DNA of 32,000 bases from Methylorubrum extorquens (GTDB lineage: Bacteria; Pseudomonadota; Alphaproteobacteria; Rhizobiales; Beijerinckiaceae). Below the pieces are notes generated by a model. It searched no databases. It was not told the DNA's origin and saw only the letters and a program-made list of their open reading frames with translations. Made by a program: the position numbers and the translations under genes. Below are positions 8,901-17,976 of this stretch, one piece after another. Where the stretch lies: NCBI GenBank assembly GCA_900234795.1, contig LT962688.1, forward strand, positions 1,650,001 through 1,682,000. Direction: 5' to 3'. Position 1 is the stretch's first letter. Each line of letters opens with the position of its first letter.

Positions 8901-9037
8901 GAAACCGACACGTCGCTTCCAGCTCCGCCCTGCCCCGACATCGCGAAGGGGTAAGGGCGGGCCGCTCGCCCCTCAGCGCTCCGGCCTTCCGGCGGCGATC
9001 ACCGCCAAGCTGACCGGTCTGTGTGTTTTGTGGCTTC

Positions 9038-9053
9038 TGGCACGGGTCCTGCA
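9038..9053 (+). promoter_or_regulatory. Candidate sigma-54 (RpoN) -24/-12 promoter
   Basis: TGGCACGggtcCTGCA against the consensus TGGCACG-N4-TTGCW. The GG and GC are at correct spacing, with one mismatch. It lies 52 nt upstream of the ATG of the binding-protein gene. Confidence 0.5.
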
Positions 9054-9104
9054 ATGTGGTTTTTGACCACTTTGATGGATGCGTGGGAACTCGGGAGCCT
9101 CAGC

Positions 9105-10676
9105 ATGGCCGGTACAATGGACCGCAGACGGTTTCTTCAGGCGAGCGCCGCCGCTGTGGGTTTTGCCCAGATCAATCCCGACTTCCTGGTCTCCTCGGCC
9201 TTCGCCCAATCGGGCAAGCCGCTGGTCTTCCTCTCGGCCGAGAACATCACCGGCAACTGGGACCCGACCGCCCACACCACGCTCTCGCAGAAGAACATCG
9301 AGGGCTTCGTGATGGGCTTCCTGACCCGCACGCCGATGACCCTCGATGACCCCGGCAAGGTCGTCTACGAACTCGCCACCGACATCCGGTTGCTCGATCC
9401 GCACCGCCTGCAGATCAAGCTGCGCAAGGGCGTGCAGTTTCACGACGGCAAGCCGTTCGGGCCCGAGGACGTCAAGGCGACCTTCGAGTACGGCGCGGGC
9501 AAGGACCGGCCGGCGCAGTGGTATCCCGGCCCGACCGAGACGTTGACGATCACCACGCCCGACGACGAGACCGTGATCGTCGACACATCGAAGGGCGGCT
9601 ACCCCGCCCACCTCTTCATCTTCCTGGCTTCGTTCCTCCCGATCCTCTCGGCCAAGGACGTGGCCGAGGGGCCGGGCGGCGCCCTCACCCGGCGCCTGAA
9701 CGGCACCGGCCCGTTCCGCTTCGTCGAGCAGCGCGGCAACGACACCGTGCTCAAGGCCCATGACGGCTATTTCCGCGGCAAGCCGGGGATTCCCGGCATC
9801 AACTTCACCTTCACCGGCGATTCGACCACGCGGATGCTGTCGCTGATGAACGGCCAGGCCTCGATCGTCGAGCGGCTCGAACCCGAGCAGGTCGAGACGG
9901 TCAAGAACAACCCGAAGATCGCGATCAACGAGGTCGTCTCGGTCGAGAACAAGTATCTCTGGTTCCGCTGCTCCAAGCCGCCCTTCAACGACGTGCGGGT
10001 GCGCATGGCCGCCTGCCACTCGATCGACCGGGCGATGCTCTTGGAGATCCTCGGCGCGGCGGGCCACGCCTCGGCCAACTTCATCTCGCCGGTGAAGTTC
10101 GGCTACGTCGATCTGAAGAACTACCCGGCCTACGACCCGGCCAAGGCCCAGGCGCTGCTGGCCGAGGCGGGCTTCCCCAAGGGCAAGGGGCTGCCGCCGC
10201 TCGAATACATCACCTCGGTCGGGTTCTACCCGAAGACGAAGGAATACGGCGAGGTCATCACCGCGATGCTCAATGAGCAGGGCTTTCCGGTGAGCCTCAC
10301 GGTGCTGGAGCCGGCGGCCTGGAACGAGCGGCTCTATCATCGCCCCGGCGGCGGGCCCGGCCACATGGTCGATTGCGGCTGGTCCACCGCCTCGCCCGAG
10401 CCGGATCTGGTGCTGCGCACCCACTTCCACTCCTCCTCGCACCGCATCACCGGCATCGAGGATGCGCAGATCGATGCGAGCCTCGACAAGGAGCGCGCGG
10501 CGCCGACGCTGGAGGAGCGCAAGGCCATCCTCCAGAACGAGACGATGCCGCTGCTGGCCGCCAAGATGCCGGCGCTGTCGCTGTTCACTTCGGTGATGAT
10601 CCACGCGATGCAGCAGGAGCTGAAGGGCCTCTACATCTACCCGGACGGCTCGATCGACGCCTCGAAAACCGCCTGA
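9105..10676 (+). CDS. ABC transporter substrate-binding protein, family 5 (DppA/OppA/nickel/opine type), Tat-type signal
   Basis: Track ORF 9021..10676. ATG 9105 has GGGAG 7 nt upstream. MAGTMDRRRFLQASAAAVGFA is a twin-arginine leader. The family-5 layout is visible (PFRFVE..., GYFRGKPGI, LWFRCSKPPFNDVRVR). Confidence 0.85.
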   Translation: MAGTMDRRRFLQASAAAVGFAQINPDFLVSSAFAQSGKPLVFLSAENITGNWDPTAHTTLSQKNIEGFVMGFLTRTPMTLDDPGKVVYELATDIRLLDPHRLQIKLRKGVQFHDGKPFGPEDVKATFEYGAGKDRPAQWYPGPTETLTITTPDDETVIVDTSKGGYPAHLFIFLASFLPILSAKDVAEGPGGALTRRLNGTGPFRFVEQRGNDTVLKAHDGYFRGKPGIPGINFTFTGDSTTRMLSLMNGQASIVERLEPEQVETVKNNPKIAINEVVSVENKYLWFRCSKPPFNDVRVRMAACHSIDRAMLLEILGAAGHASANFISPVKFGYVDLKNYPAYDPAKAQALLAEAGFPKGKGLPPLEYITSVGFYPKTKEYGEVITAMLNEQGFPVSLTVLEPAAWNERLYHRPGGGPGHMVDCGWSTASPEPDLVLRTHFHSSSHRITGIEDAQIDASLDKERAAPTLEERKAILQNETMPLLAAKMPALSLFTSVMIHAMQQELKGLYIYPDGSIDASKTA

Positions 10677-10703
10677 CTGAACTTGTCCGCGCCCGGCGCG
10701 TGA

Positions 10704-10730
10704 CCCGGCCCGCCTCTGCGGGCGGCCGGG
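10704..10730 (+). other. GC-rich stem-loop just after the binding-protein gene (possible intra-operon mRNA stabiliser or attenuator)
   Basis: cccggcc-cgc-ctct-gcg-(ggc)-ggccggg. The outer 7-bp stem is perfect and no U-tract follows. Confidence 0.3.
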
Positions 10731-10769
10731 CCCCGCCCCGCCGATTCCGTCACCGGACCCGATGCCCCG

Positions 10770-11752
10770 ATGTTCGTTCTCAGTTTCCTCGCCCGGCGCC
10801 TCGCGCAGGGTGCGGTCATCATCTTCCTCGTCTCGCTGCTGATCTTCACCCTGCTGCGGGTGATGTCGGGCAACCCCGTGCGCCAGATGGTGGGCGGGAT
10901 GGCGCCCGACTCCCCTGGTGGAGCAGATCGCCACCACGATGGGCCTGCGCGATCCGATCATCGTGCAGTTCGGCCGCTACGCGGCAGGGGTGGTCCAGGG
11001 TGATCTCGGCCGCAGCTTCATGCGGCCGGCTAACGGCGCGGCGACGGGGGGCGCGAATTTCGACGACATGACCCGCGGCGAGCGGGCCGGGGGTCGGCGA
11101 TCTCATCCTCGACGCCCTGCCGATGACCCTGCAGCTCGCCGCCCTTGCGCTCGCCATCGCCCTGGTCTTCTCGGCCCTGCTCGGGATCGCGGCGGGCCTG
11201 CGTCCCGGTGGGTTCTTCGACCGGCTCGCCTTCGCGGTCTCCTCAATCTTCATCTCGATCCCGAATTTCTGGCTCGGCATCGTGCTCGCCCTGCTCCTGT
11301 CGGTGAAGCTCGGATGGCTGCCGGCGATCGGCTATGGCGGCTTCTCCTACACGGTGCTGCCGGCCCTGGTGCTCGCCGTCGAACTGTCGCCGGTGCTGAT
11401 CCGGACGCTGTCGAGCGCGGTGGCGGCGCAGATGGGCGAGTCTTACGTCGCCGTCGGCCATGTCCGCGGCCTGTCGCGCCCGCGCATCGTCGCCGCGCAT
11501 GCCCTGCGCAACGCCTCGGTGCCGCTCCTCAACCTGCTCGGCGTGCAGTTCTCCTCACTGCTCGGGGGCGTGATCATCGTCGAATACATCTTCGACTATC
11601 CCGGCCTCGGACTGCTGACGATCAACGCCGTGCTCCAGCGCGACTTCCCGCTGATCCAGGGCATCGCGATCGTCACCAGCGCGATTTTCGTCCTCATCAA
11701 CATCCTCGTCGATCTCGCGGCGACCACCATCGATCCGAGGCTCGAATATTGA
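10770..11752 (+). pseudogene. ABC transporter permease (DppB/OppB-like), frame broken twice at homopolymers
   Basis: Three track pieces: 10770..11003 (MFVLSFLARRLAQGAVIIFLVSLLIFTLLRVMSGNPVRQMVGGMAPD), the start of 10918..12675 (VEQIATTMGLRDPIIVQFGRYAAGVVQGDLGRSF) and 11123..11752 (the rest of the permease). Deleting one C in 10912-15 and one G in 11089-93 gives a continuous DppB-like protein. Confidence 0.8.
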
Positions 11753-12675
11753 TGGATGCCGTGGATTCCACCCTGACGCTGGCTCCGCCCCGCGTCGATG
11801 TCACGGCGTCGCGCTCGATCGGCCGGCGCATCCTCGGGCGCGCCGCCCGCTCCGGGGGCTTTCGCGTCGGCTTCGTCGTGCTCGCCCTCCTCGTGCTCGC
11901 CGCCGCGCTCTACCCGGAACTCAGCGGAATCGACCCGGCGATGCGGGATATCCGGGCGCGCCTGCTGCCGCCGCTGTTCCTCGGCGACAAGTGGAGCTGG
12001 GCGCACCCGCTCGGCACCGACCAGATCGGCCGCGACATGCTGGTGCGCTGCCTCGTGGGCCTGCGCTACTCGCTGCTGATCGGCGTGGCCTCGGTCGCCG
12101 TGACCGTCATCATCGGCTGCGCGCTGGGCACCGTCGCCGGCTATTTCGGCGGGCGCACCGACACGGTGATCATGCGGATCACCGACGCGCAGCTCTCGAT
12201 CCCGATGATCATCCTGGCGATCGCCGTGCTCGGCGCCGACCGCCCGACGATCCCGGCGATCATCCTCGTGCTCGGCCTGTCGAACTGGCCGGTCTATGCC
12301 CGCGTCATGCGCTCGGTGGTGATGGCCGAGCGCGGGCGCGAATACGTGCGGGCCGCGCAGGTCTCGGGCGCCACGCATCCGCGCATCATCCTCACGCTGC
12401 TGGTGCCGCTGTTGGTGCCGCCGCTGCTCTTCACCTCGGTGCTCGATGTCGCGCGGATGATGATCTTCGAATCGACGCTGGGCTTCCTCGGCCTCGGCGT
12501 GCAGCCGCCGACGCCGACCTTCGGCAGCATCATCGCCGACGGGCGCAAATACCTGCTCAACGCGTGGTGGATCGCCACCATGCCGGGCGTGTTCCTGTGC
12601 CTCACGCTCACCGGCATCAACCTGATCGGCGCCGCCTTCGAGCGTGCCCGCAACGCGATCCACGGGGGCGCCTGA
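11752..12675 (+). CDS. ABC transporter permease (DppC/OppC-like)
   Basis: The ATG overlaps the upstream TGA (TGATG). MDAVDSTL...HPLGTDQIGRDMLVRCLVGLRYSLLIG...; an EAA-like loop is present (EYVRAAQVSGATHPRIIL). Confidence 0.85.
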   Translation: MDAVDSTLTLAPPRVDVTASRSIGRRILGRAARSGGFRVGFVVLALLVLAAALYPELSGIDPAMRDIRARLLPPLFLGDKWSWAHPLGTDQIGRDMLVRCLVGLRYSLLIGVASVAVTVIIGCALGTVAGYFGGRTDTVIMRITDAQLSIPMIILAIAVLGADRPTIPAIILVLGLSNWPVYARVMRSVVMAERGREYVRAAQVSGATHPRIILTLLVPLLVPPLLFTSVLDVARMMIFESTLGFLGLGVQPPTPTFGSIIADGRKYLLNAWWIATMPGVFLCLTLTGINLIGAAFERARNAIHGGA

Positions 12676-14513
12676 TGGACCCGGTGCTCTCCGTCCGCGA
12701 CCTCTCGGTCGCCCTCACCCTCCCCGGGCGTGAGCGAATCATTCTCAATCGCATCAGCTTCGACGTCGCCCCGCGTGAGATCGTTGGCGTCGTCGGCGCC
12801 TCGGGCGCCGGCAAGACCGTGCTGTCGCGCGCCGTGGTCAACTGGATCACGGCCCCGCTCGCCATCCGCTCCGGCACCGTGTCCTTCCGCGGGCAGGATC
12901 TGCTGGCGCTGCCGCCGCGGGCGATGCGGCTCTTGCGCCGCGACATCGCCTATGTCGGCGCCGACCCGATGGGCGCCCTCGACCCGACCCTGCCGGTCGG
13001 GCGCCAGATCGTCGAGAAGCTGCGCGCCGTCATGCCCGAAGTGAGCCGAAAAGAGGCGCAGGCGCGCGTGATCGCCCTGCTCGATGCCGTGCGCATTCCC
13101 TCGGCCCCCGCGCGCTTCCACGATTACCCCTCGCAGTTCTCCGGCGGGATGATGCAGCGCGCGCTCATCGTCGACGCCATGGTCTCGAACCCGGCCCTGC
13201 TGGTCGCCGACAACGTCACCCAGCCCCTCGACGTGACGGTCGCCGCCCAGGTGATCCGCCTGATGCGCGAACTCACCGAGCGCTTCGAGACGGCGATCCT
13301 GTTCGTCTCCTCCTCGCTGCCCGTGGCACGGGAGGCAGCGAGCCGCACCCTGGTGATCGATGCCGGGCGTCTGGTCGAGGAGCAGCCGACCGAGGCACTG
13401 ATCGCGGCCCCGCGCCACGCCTATACCCGCGATCTCGTCGCGCAGATCCCGGTGATTTGGGGCGAGCGCCCGCGCCTGCCCGCGATGCCGAAGGCCCCCG
13501 GCGCGCGGCCGTCTCAGCCGATCATCAGCTTGCGGGACGTGTCGCAGACCTACCGGGTGAAGCGGCGCGGGAGCTTTGCCGGCACGAGCGCCCTGCGGGC
13601 GGTCCGCAATGTCACCTTCGACATCGCCCAGGGCGACAGCTTCGCGGTGGTGGGCGAATCCGGCTGCGGCAAGTCCACCCTGATGCGGCTTCTGAGCCGC
13701 CTGGAACGCCCGAGCGGCGGCAGCGTGCTGTGCGCGGGCCGCGACATCGCCGGCTTGTCGGGGGCCGAACTCCTCGGCTTCCGCCGCAAGCTGCAACTGG
13801 TGCTCCAAGACCCGTTCAACTCGCTGCCGCCGCGCACCGGCATCGGCGCCATGCTGGAAGCGCCCCTGCGCACCCATGGCTGGCGCGACCCGAGAAAGAT
13901 CCGCGAGCGGGTGCGCGCGGTGATGGACGATGTGGGCCTGCCCGTCGCACTCTACGACGACCTGCCGCTCGGGCTCTCGGCCGGGCAGCGCCAGCGCATC
14001 AACGTCGCCCGCGCCATGGTGCTCGAGCCTCAGATCCTGCTCATGGACGAGACACTTTCGGCCCTCGACCAGACCGAGCAGTTCAAGCTGCTGGCGCTGT
14101 TCGAGAAATTACAGCGCACGCACGGGCTGACCTACATCTACATCAGCCACGACCTCGCGATGGTGCGCAAAGCCTGCAACCGCATCGCGGTGATGTATCT
14201 CGGCGAGGTCGTCGAACTCGCCGACAACGAGCGCCTGTTCTTCGATCCCGGCCACCCCTACACCCGCGCCCTGCTCTCGGCGATGCCGGCTCTGGAGGCG
14301 CGGCGCTACCGGCCGGAGGATTGCCTGATGGAGGGCGAGCCGCCGAGCCCGATCGACCTGCCGCAGGGCTGCGCCTTCCGCTCGCGCTGCCCGCAGGCCT
14401 TCGACGCCTGCGCCACGCATCCCCCGCTCCTCACCGTGCGCGGCGCGCACGACTTCGCCGCCTGCCACCGCGTGCCGGGCGCCGGCGCCGCTCTGCTGGC
14501 GGGCGCTGCCTGA
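12675..14513 (+). CDS. Fused double ABC ATPase (DppD-DppF type)
   Basis: The ATG overlaps the upstream stop. Two Walker A motifs (GASGAGKT, GESGCGKS). Signature-like FSGGMMQR and LSAGQRQR. Walker B LLVAD and LLMDE. A C-terminal oligopeptide-type extension is present (CAFRSRCP). Confidence 0.9.
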   Translation: MDPVLSVRDLSVALTLPGRERIILNRISFDVAPREIVGVVGASGAGKTVLSRAVVNWITAPLAIRSGTVSFRGQDLLALPPRAMRLLRRDIAYVGADPMGALDPTLPVGRQIVEKLRAVMPEVSRKEAQARVIALLDAVRIPSAPARFHDYPSQFSGGMMQRALIVDAMVSNPALLVADNVTQPLDVTVAAQVIRLMRELTERFETAILFVSSSLPVAREAASRTLVIDAGRLVEEQPTEALIAAPRHAYTRDLVAQIPVIWGERPRLPAMPKAPGARPSQPIISLRDVSQTYRVKRRGSFAGTSALRAVRNVTFDIAQGDSFAVVGESGCGKSTLMRLLSRLERPSGGSVLCAGRDIAGLSGAELLGFRRKLQLVLQDPFNSLPPRTGIGAMLEAPLRTHGWRDPRKIRERVRAVMDDVGLPVALYDDLPLGLSAGQRQRINVARAMVLEPQILLMDETLSALDQTEQFKLLALFEKLQRTHGLTYIYISHDLAMVRKACNRIAVMYLGEVVELADNERLFFDPGHPYTRALLSAMPALEARRYRPEDCLMEGEPPSPIDLPQGCAFRSRCPQAFDACATHPPLLTVRGAHDFAACHRVPGAGAALLAGAA

Positions 14514-15838
14514 TGCCGCCCCTTCCCGAGACAACGATGACATCCATGCCCGACATAATGGCCTTCGCCCCCGTGCGGATCGACCCCGCCCGCCTCCAGG
14601 CGACGATGGAGGCGGTCTCCGCCTTCGGCGCCGGGCCGGACGGCGCCCTGACTCGCCTGACCCTGTCGCCGGAGGACGGGCAGGCGCGCGACTGGCTCGC
14701 CGCGTGGTTTTCCGCGCACGGCTTCACCCCGCGGGTCGATGCGATCGGCAACCAGTTCGGCTGTCTGGAACTGGCCGGACCCGGCGCGCCCACGGTGATG
14801 GTCGGCTCGCATCTCGACAGCCAGCCCAATGGCGGGCGCTTCGACGGCACGCTCGGCGTGCTCGCCGCCTGCGAAGCCATTCTTTCCGTGCGCGCGGCGC
14901 TCGAAGCGGCGGGCAGGATGTCGGCCTGCAACTTCACGGTCGCCAACTGGACCAACGAGGAGGGCGCCCGCTTCCAGCCGAGCCTGCTCGGCAGCAGCGT
15001 CTTCACCGGTGCGGCCGGGCTCGACTGGGCGCTGGCCCGCAGCGACGGCGACGGCGTCACCGTCGGCGAGGCCCTGTCGCGGATCGGCTATGCCGGGAGC
15101 GACGCCGTGCCGGTGCCGGACGCCTTCATCGAACTGCATATCGAGGGCGGGCCGATCCTCGAGCGCGAGGGCCTGCGCTTCGGGGCCTTCACCCGCTACT
15201 GGGGCGCCACCAAGTACCGCCTCGCTTTCCTCGGGCGCCAGGCCCATACCGGCCCGACGCCGATGGCCGAGCGGCGCGACGCGCTTCTTGGCGCCGCCTA
15301 CCTGATCGCCGACCTCAAGGCGATGACGGCCGATTACGGCCTCGACCTGCACACCTCCGTCGGCCGGCTCGAAGTGCGGCCGAACTCGCCCAACACCGTG
15401 CCGAGCGAGGCGGTTCTGTTCATCGAGCTGCGCTCCGGCTCGCCTGCGATCCTGGAGGAGGCCGAACTTCGGCTGAAGGCGGCCATTGATCTGGCCGCCG
15501 CGCGTGCGGAGGTGGGTCACGAGGTGCGCGCCATCGACCGGCGCGCCGCCGGCCCGATGGCGCCGGGCCTCGTGCGGCTCGCCGAGCGCGCGGGGGCGGC
15601 CAACGGCACGACGACGCGCCACCTCGACACGATCGGCGGCCACGACGCCGTCAGCCTCAGCGCGGTCTGCCCCTCGGTGGTGCTGGCCGTGCCCTGCCGC
15701 GGCGGCGTGATGCACCACCCGACCGAGTTCACGAGCCCGGAGGATCAGGCCTTCGGTACCCAGGTGCTGGCCGACATGCTGATGATCCTCGCCACCGAGG
15801 GCGTGGGCGCCCTCGAGACCGCGGGAGGGGACCGGTGA
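14513..15838 (+). CDS. Zn-dependent M20-type amidase, hydantoinase/carbamoylase family (N-carbamoyl-amino-acid / allantoate amidohydrolase-like)
   Basis: The ATG overlaps the ATPase stop. Motifs GSHLDSQPNGGRFDGTLGV, NWTNEEGARF, ELHIEGGPILE, GRQAHTGPTPM and GGHDA are visible. Confidence 0.8.
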   Translation: MPPLPETTMTSMPDIMAFAPVRIDPARLQATMEAVSAFGAGPDGALTRLTLSPEDGQARDWLAAWFSAHGFTPRVDAIGNQFGCLELAGPGAPTVMVGSHLDSQPNGGRFDGTLGVLAACEAILSVRAALEAAGRMSACNFTVANWTNEEGARFQPSLLGSSVFTGAAGLDWALARSDGDGVTVGEALSRIGYAGSDAVPVPDAFIELHIEGGPILEREGLRFGAFTRYWGATKYRLAFLGRQAHTGPTPMAERRDALLGAAYLIADLKAMTADYGLDLHTSVGRLEVRPNSPNTVPSEAVLFIELRSGSPAILEEAELRLKAAIDLAAARAEVGHEVRAIDRRAAGPMAPGLVRLAERAGAANGTTTRHLDTIGGHDAVSLSAVCPSVVLAVPCRGGVMHHPTEFTSPEDQAFGTQVLADMLMILATEGVGALETAGGDR

Positions 15839-16815
15839 AGACGCTGGGCACCCCCGAGGACGCGTCGGAGCGGCTGGCCGAGGCGGCCCTGGCGCAGGCT
15901 TTCTCCGCGCGGCCCGACCTTCGGGGCAAAGCGCCGCATTACGCCGTGGCGGTGCCGGGCCTCGCCTCGCCCTCCTATCACGGGGTCGAATCCACCACGT
16001 TCCACGTTGCCGAGACCGAGGGCGCCGAACCGAGCCTGTTCCTCAAGGTCTCCGAGCCCTGCGCCGCCGCGCTGCTCGATCCCGCCGCCGCCTTCCGCGG
16101 CGCGCAGACGGTCGCTGCGCTGGGCCTCGCGCCGGAACCGCTGCATTTCGCGGCGGATCAGGGCGCGATCCTGTTCCGGTGCCTCGGCCCAGATTGGCGC
16201 CCGGCCACCCTCGACAGGCTTCAGCAGCCGGACAGCATCGCCACGGTGATCGAGGCCTTCCGCCGGATCGGCGCGGGCGAAGCCCTCGGCCGACGCTGGA
16301 GCGTGTTCGACGCGATCCGTGACCTTCGCGCCCTGCTGGGGCCGGAGGCCGATGCCCTGCCGCCGGACGCGTGGTTCCTGTTCGACTGGGCCGAGGCGAT
16401 CGAGGCGGCGCTGACCGCCGCCGGCACGGACATCCGCCCGGCCCATGCCGACCTGCACGCCTCCAACCTGCTGTTCGGCCCCGGCGGCGCCCTGCAACTC
16501 GTCGATTTCGACATGGCCTGCGACACCGACCCCCATTACCAGCTCGGCGCCTTCCTCAACGAGGCCTGCACCTTCGAGGCGCCGATGAAGGCCGGCATCG
16601 AGATGGCGGAGGGGCGCTTCCGTCCGGACGTGTTCAACCGCGCCCGCGCCTATGCCGCCGCCGACGACCTGCACTGGGCCTTGCGCGCGCTGGCCATGGA
16701 CCGGCTCTCGCCGCGCCGCGGGCTCGAATTTCGCAAATACGCCGCGTGGCGCTTCCTGCGCTGCCGGATGCTCGTCGGCCGGCCGGGCTTCGAGGAAACC
16801 CTGAGGGCGCTGTGA
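15835..16815 (+). CDS. Kinase-fold phosphotransferase (APH / choline-kinase superfamily), paralogue 1
   Basis: The GTG start overlaps the amidase stop (GTGA). Candidate ATP lysine in LFLKV, catalytic loop HADLHASNLLF, and Mg-binding LVDFDMA. No clear glycine-rich N-terminal loop was seen. Confidence 0.65.
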   Translation: MKTLGTPEDASERLAEAALAQAFSARPDLRGKAPHYAVAVPGLASPSYHGVESTTFHVAETEGAEPSLFLKVSEPCAAALLDPAAAFRGAQTVAALGLAPEPLHFAADQGAILFRCLGPDWRPATLDRLQQPDSIATVIEAFRRIGAGEALGRRWSVFDAIRDLRALLGPEADALPPDAWFLFDWAEAIEAALTAAGTDIRPAHADLHASNLLFGPGGALQLVDFDMACDTDPHYQLGAFLNEACTFEAPMKAGIEMAEGRFRPDVFNRARAYAAADDLHWALRALAMDRLSPRRGLEFRKYAAWRFLRCRMLVGRPGFEETLRAL

Positions 16816-16850
16816 TGGCCCGCTCGACGACGATTATCCCGTTGCTTCCC

Positions 16851-16958
16851 CCTCATCCTGAGGGGCCGCGAAGCGGCCTCGAAGGGGGCTCCCGTTCCCG
16901 CGCGAACCCCGGAGCCCCCTTCGAGGCCTCCGCTTTGCTTCGGCGCCTCAGGACGAAG
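16851..16958. repeat. Nested-palindrome intergenic element (REP-like), family 1, copy 1
   Basis: The inner inverted repeat is perfect: cctcgaagggggctcc (16877-16892) and ggagcccccttcgagg (16911-16926). The outer pair is cctcatcctgagg and cctcaggacgaag (11/13). It shares modules with 28160-28275. Confidence 0.8.
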
Positions 16959-17037
16959 TTCGGAGCAAGGGCCTGATTGCGCGCGCAAAGACCTGCGGTT
17001 TCGGCCCGCCGACCGAACGAGCTGTGAGGAGACGACC

Positions 17038-17973
17038 ATGATCGCTCTGGGCCATGCCGCCACCGAGGCTGAGCACGCCTTCGAGGCGGCCCTGCGCACC
17101 GTCCCGCGCTGGCAGGGGCGCCCGACGCGCTACCGCCCGGTGCTCGGCGGGATCAGCAACGTCAACTGGCGCGTCGAGATCGAGGGCGAGCCGCATCCCT
17201 ATTTCGTCAAGATGCCGGGCCGCGGCACCGAGATGTTCATCGACCGCGCCGCCGCCCGCGCCGCCAGCCGGCAGGCGGAGGTGATCGGGCTCGGCCCCCG
17301 CACCTTCGACGACCTCGACGCCCATGGCATCGAGATCGCCGAGTTCGTGGACGGGCGCCGGCCCTCGACCAACCGCGACTTCGCCGACGCGGCCCTGCGG
17401 GCGGAGGCGATGCGCGTCTATCGCCGCTTCCACGCGGCCCCGCTCCTGCCGCTGACCAAGACCGTGTTCGACATGATCGATGAGCACGACCGGCAGGCGG
17501 CCGAACTCGGCGCGCTCCTGCCGCCGGATCAGGCCTGGCTCACCCGCCAGACCCGGCTGGCGCGGGCGGCGCTCGAAGCCTCGGGCCTCGACCTCGTGCC
17601 GTGCTTCAACGATCCGATGCCGGGCAACTTCCTCCTCGGCGAGGACGGCTCGATCCTGCTGATCGACTTCGAGTACGCCTCCAACAACGACCGGCTCTAC
17701 GACATCGCGATCTGGAGCGGGGAGATGTTCTTCCCCGAAAGCGTCGATCGCGAACTAATCGAACAATATTTCGGCCGCTACGACGAGGCGCTGTTCGCGC
17801 GCCTGATGGTGCACAAGGCGCTGGCCGACGTGAAGTGGTCGACCTGGGCGATGGTGCAGAACCGGATCTCCACCCTCGACTTCGATTTCTACAAATACGG
17901 GATCTGGAAGCACATGCGCGCCCGCTCGATCATGAACGACCCGCGCTGGCCGCTCTTCCTGAAGGCGCTCTGA
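17038..17973 (+). CDS. Kinase-fold phosphotransferase (choline/ethanolamine-kinase-like), paralogue 2
   Basis: GAGGAG lies 7 nt upstream of the ATG. Motifs: GGISNVNWRVE (nucleotide loop), YFVKMPG, CFNDPMPGNFLL (a Brenner-like motif with Phe where His is usual), LIDFEYASNNDRLYDIA. Confidence 0.65.
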   Translation: MIALGHAATEAEHAFEAALRTVPRWQGRPTRYRPVLGGISNVNWRVEIEGEPHPYFVKMPGRGTEMFIDRAAARAASRQAEVIGLGPRTFDDLDAHGIEIAEFVDGRRPSTNRDFADAALRAEAMRVYRRFHAAPLLPLTKTVFDMIDEHDRQAAELGALLPPDQAWLTRQTRLARAALEASGLDLVPCFNDPMPGNFLLGEDGSILLIDFEYASNNDRLYDIAIWSGEMFFPESVDRELIEQYFGRYDEALFARLMVHKALADVKWSTWAMVQNRISTLDFDFYKYGIWKHMRARSIMNDPRWPLFLKAL

Positions 17974-17976
17974 GCG

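Noticed and set aside
13323-13338. Second TGGCACG sigma-54-like hit (tggcacgggaggcagc)
   Set aside because: The -12 element does not match (GCAGC instead of TTGCW, with the GC out of register), and the site lies inside the ABC ATPase coding sequence.
16371-16976. Track ORFs reading through the palindromic repeats (16371..16976 +, 16650..17099 -, 27850..28272 +, 27988..28218 -, 23405.. leader part)
   Set aside because: The repeat-derived peptide strings (for example LILRCRSKAEASKEGS, PHPEGPRSGLEGGS, PSPRVRGEG) are the usual by-product of translating these intergenic elements, not genes.
16977-16988. Perfect 12-nt palindrome ttgcgcgcgcaa upstream of kinase paralogue 2, as a possible operator
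   Set aside because: It is mostly an alternating GC run, which arises easily in this composition. There is no second copy in the window and no regulator to pair it with. It is kept only as a note.
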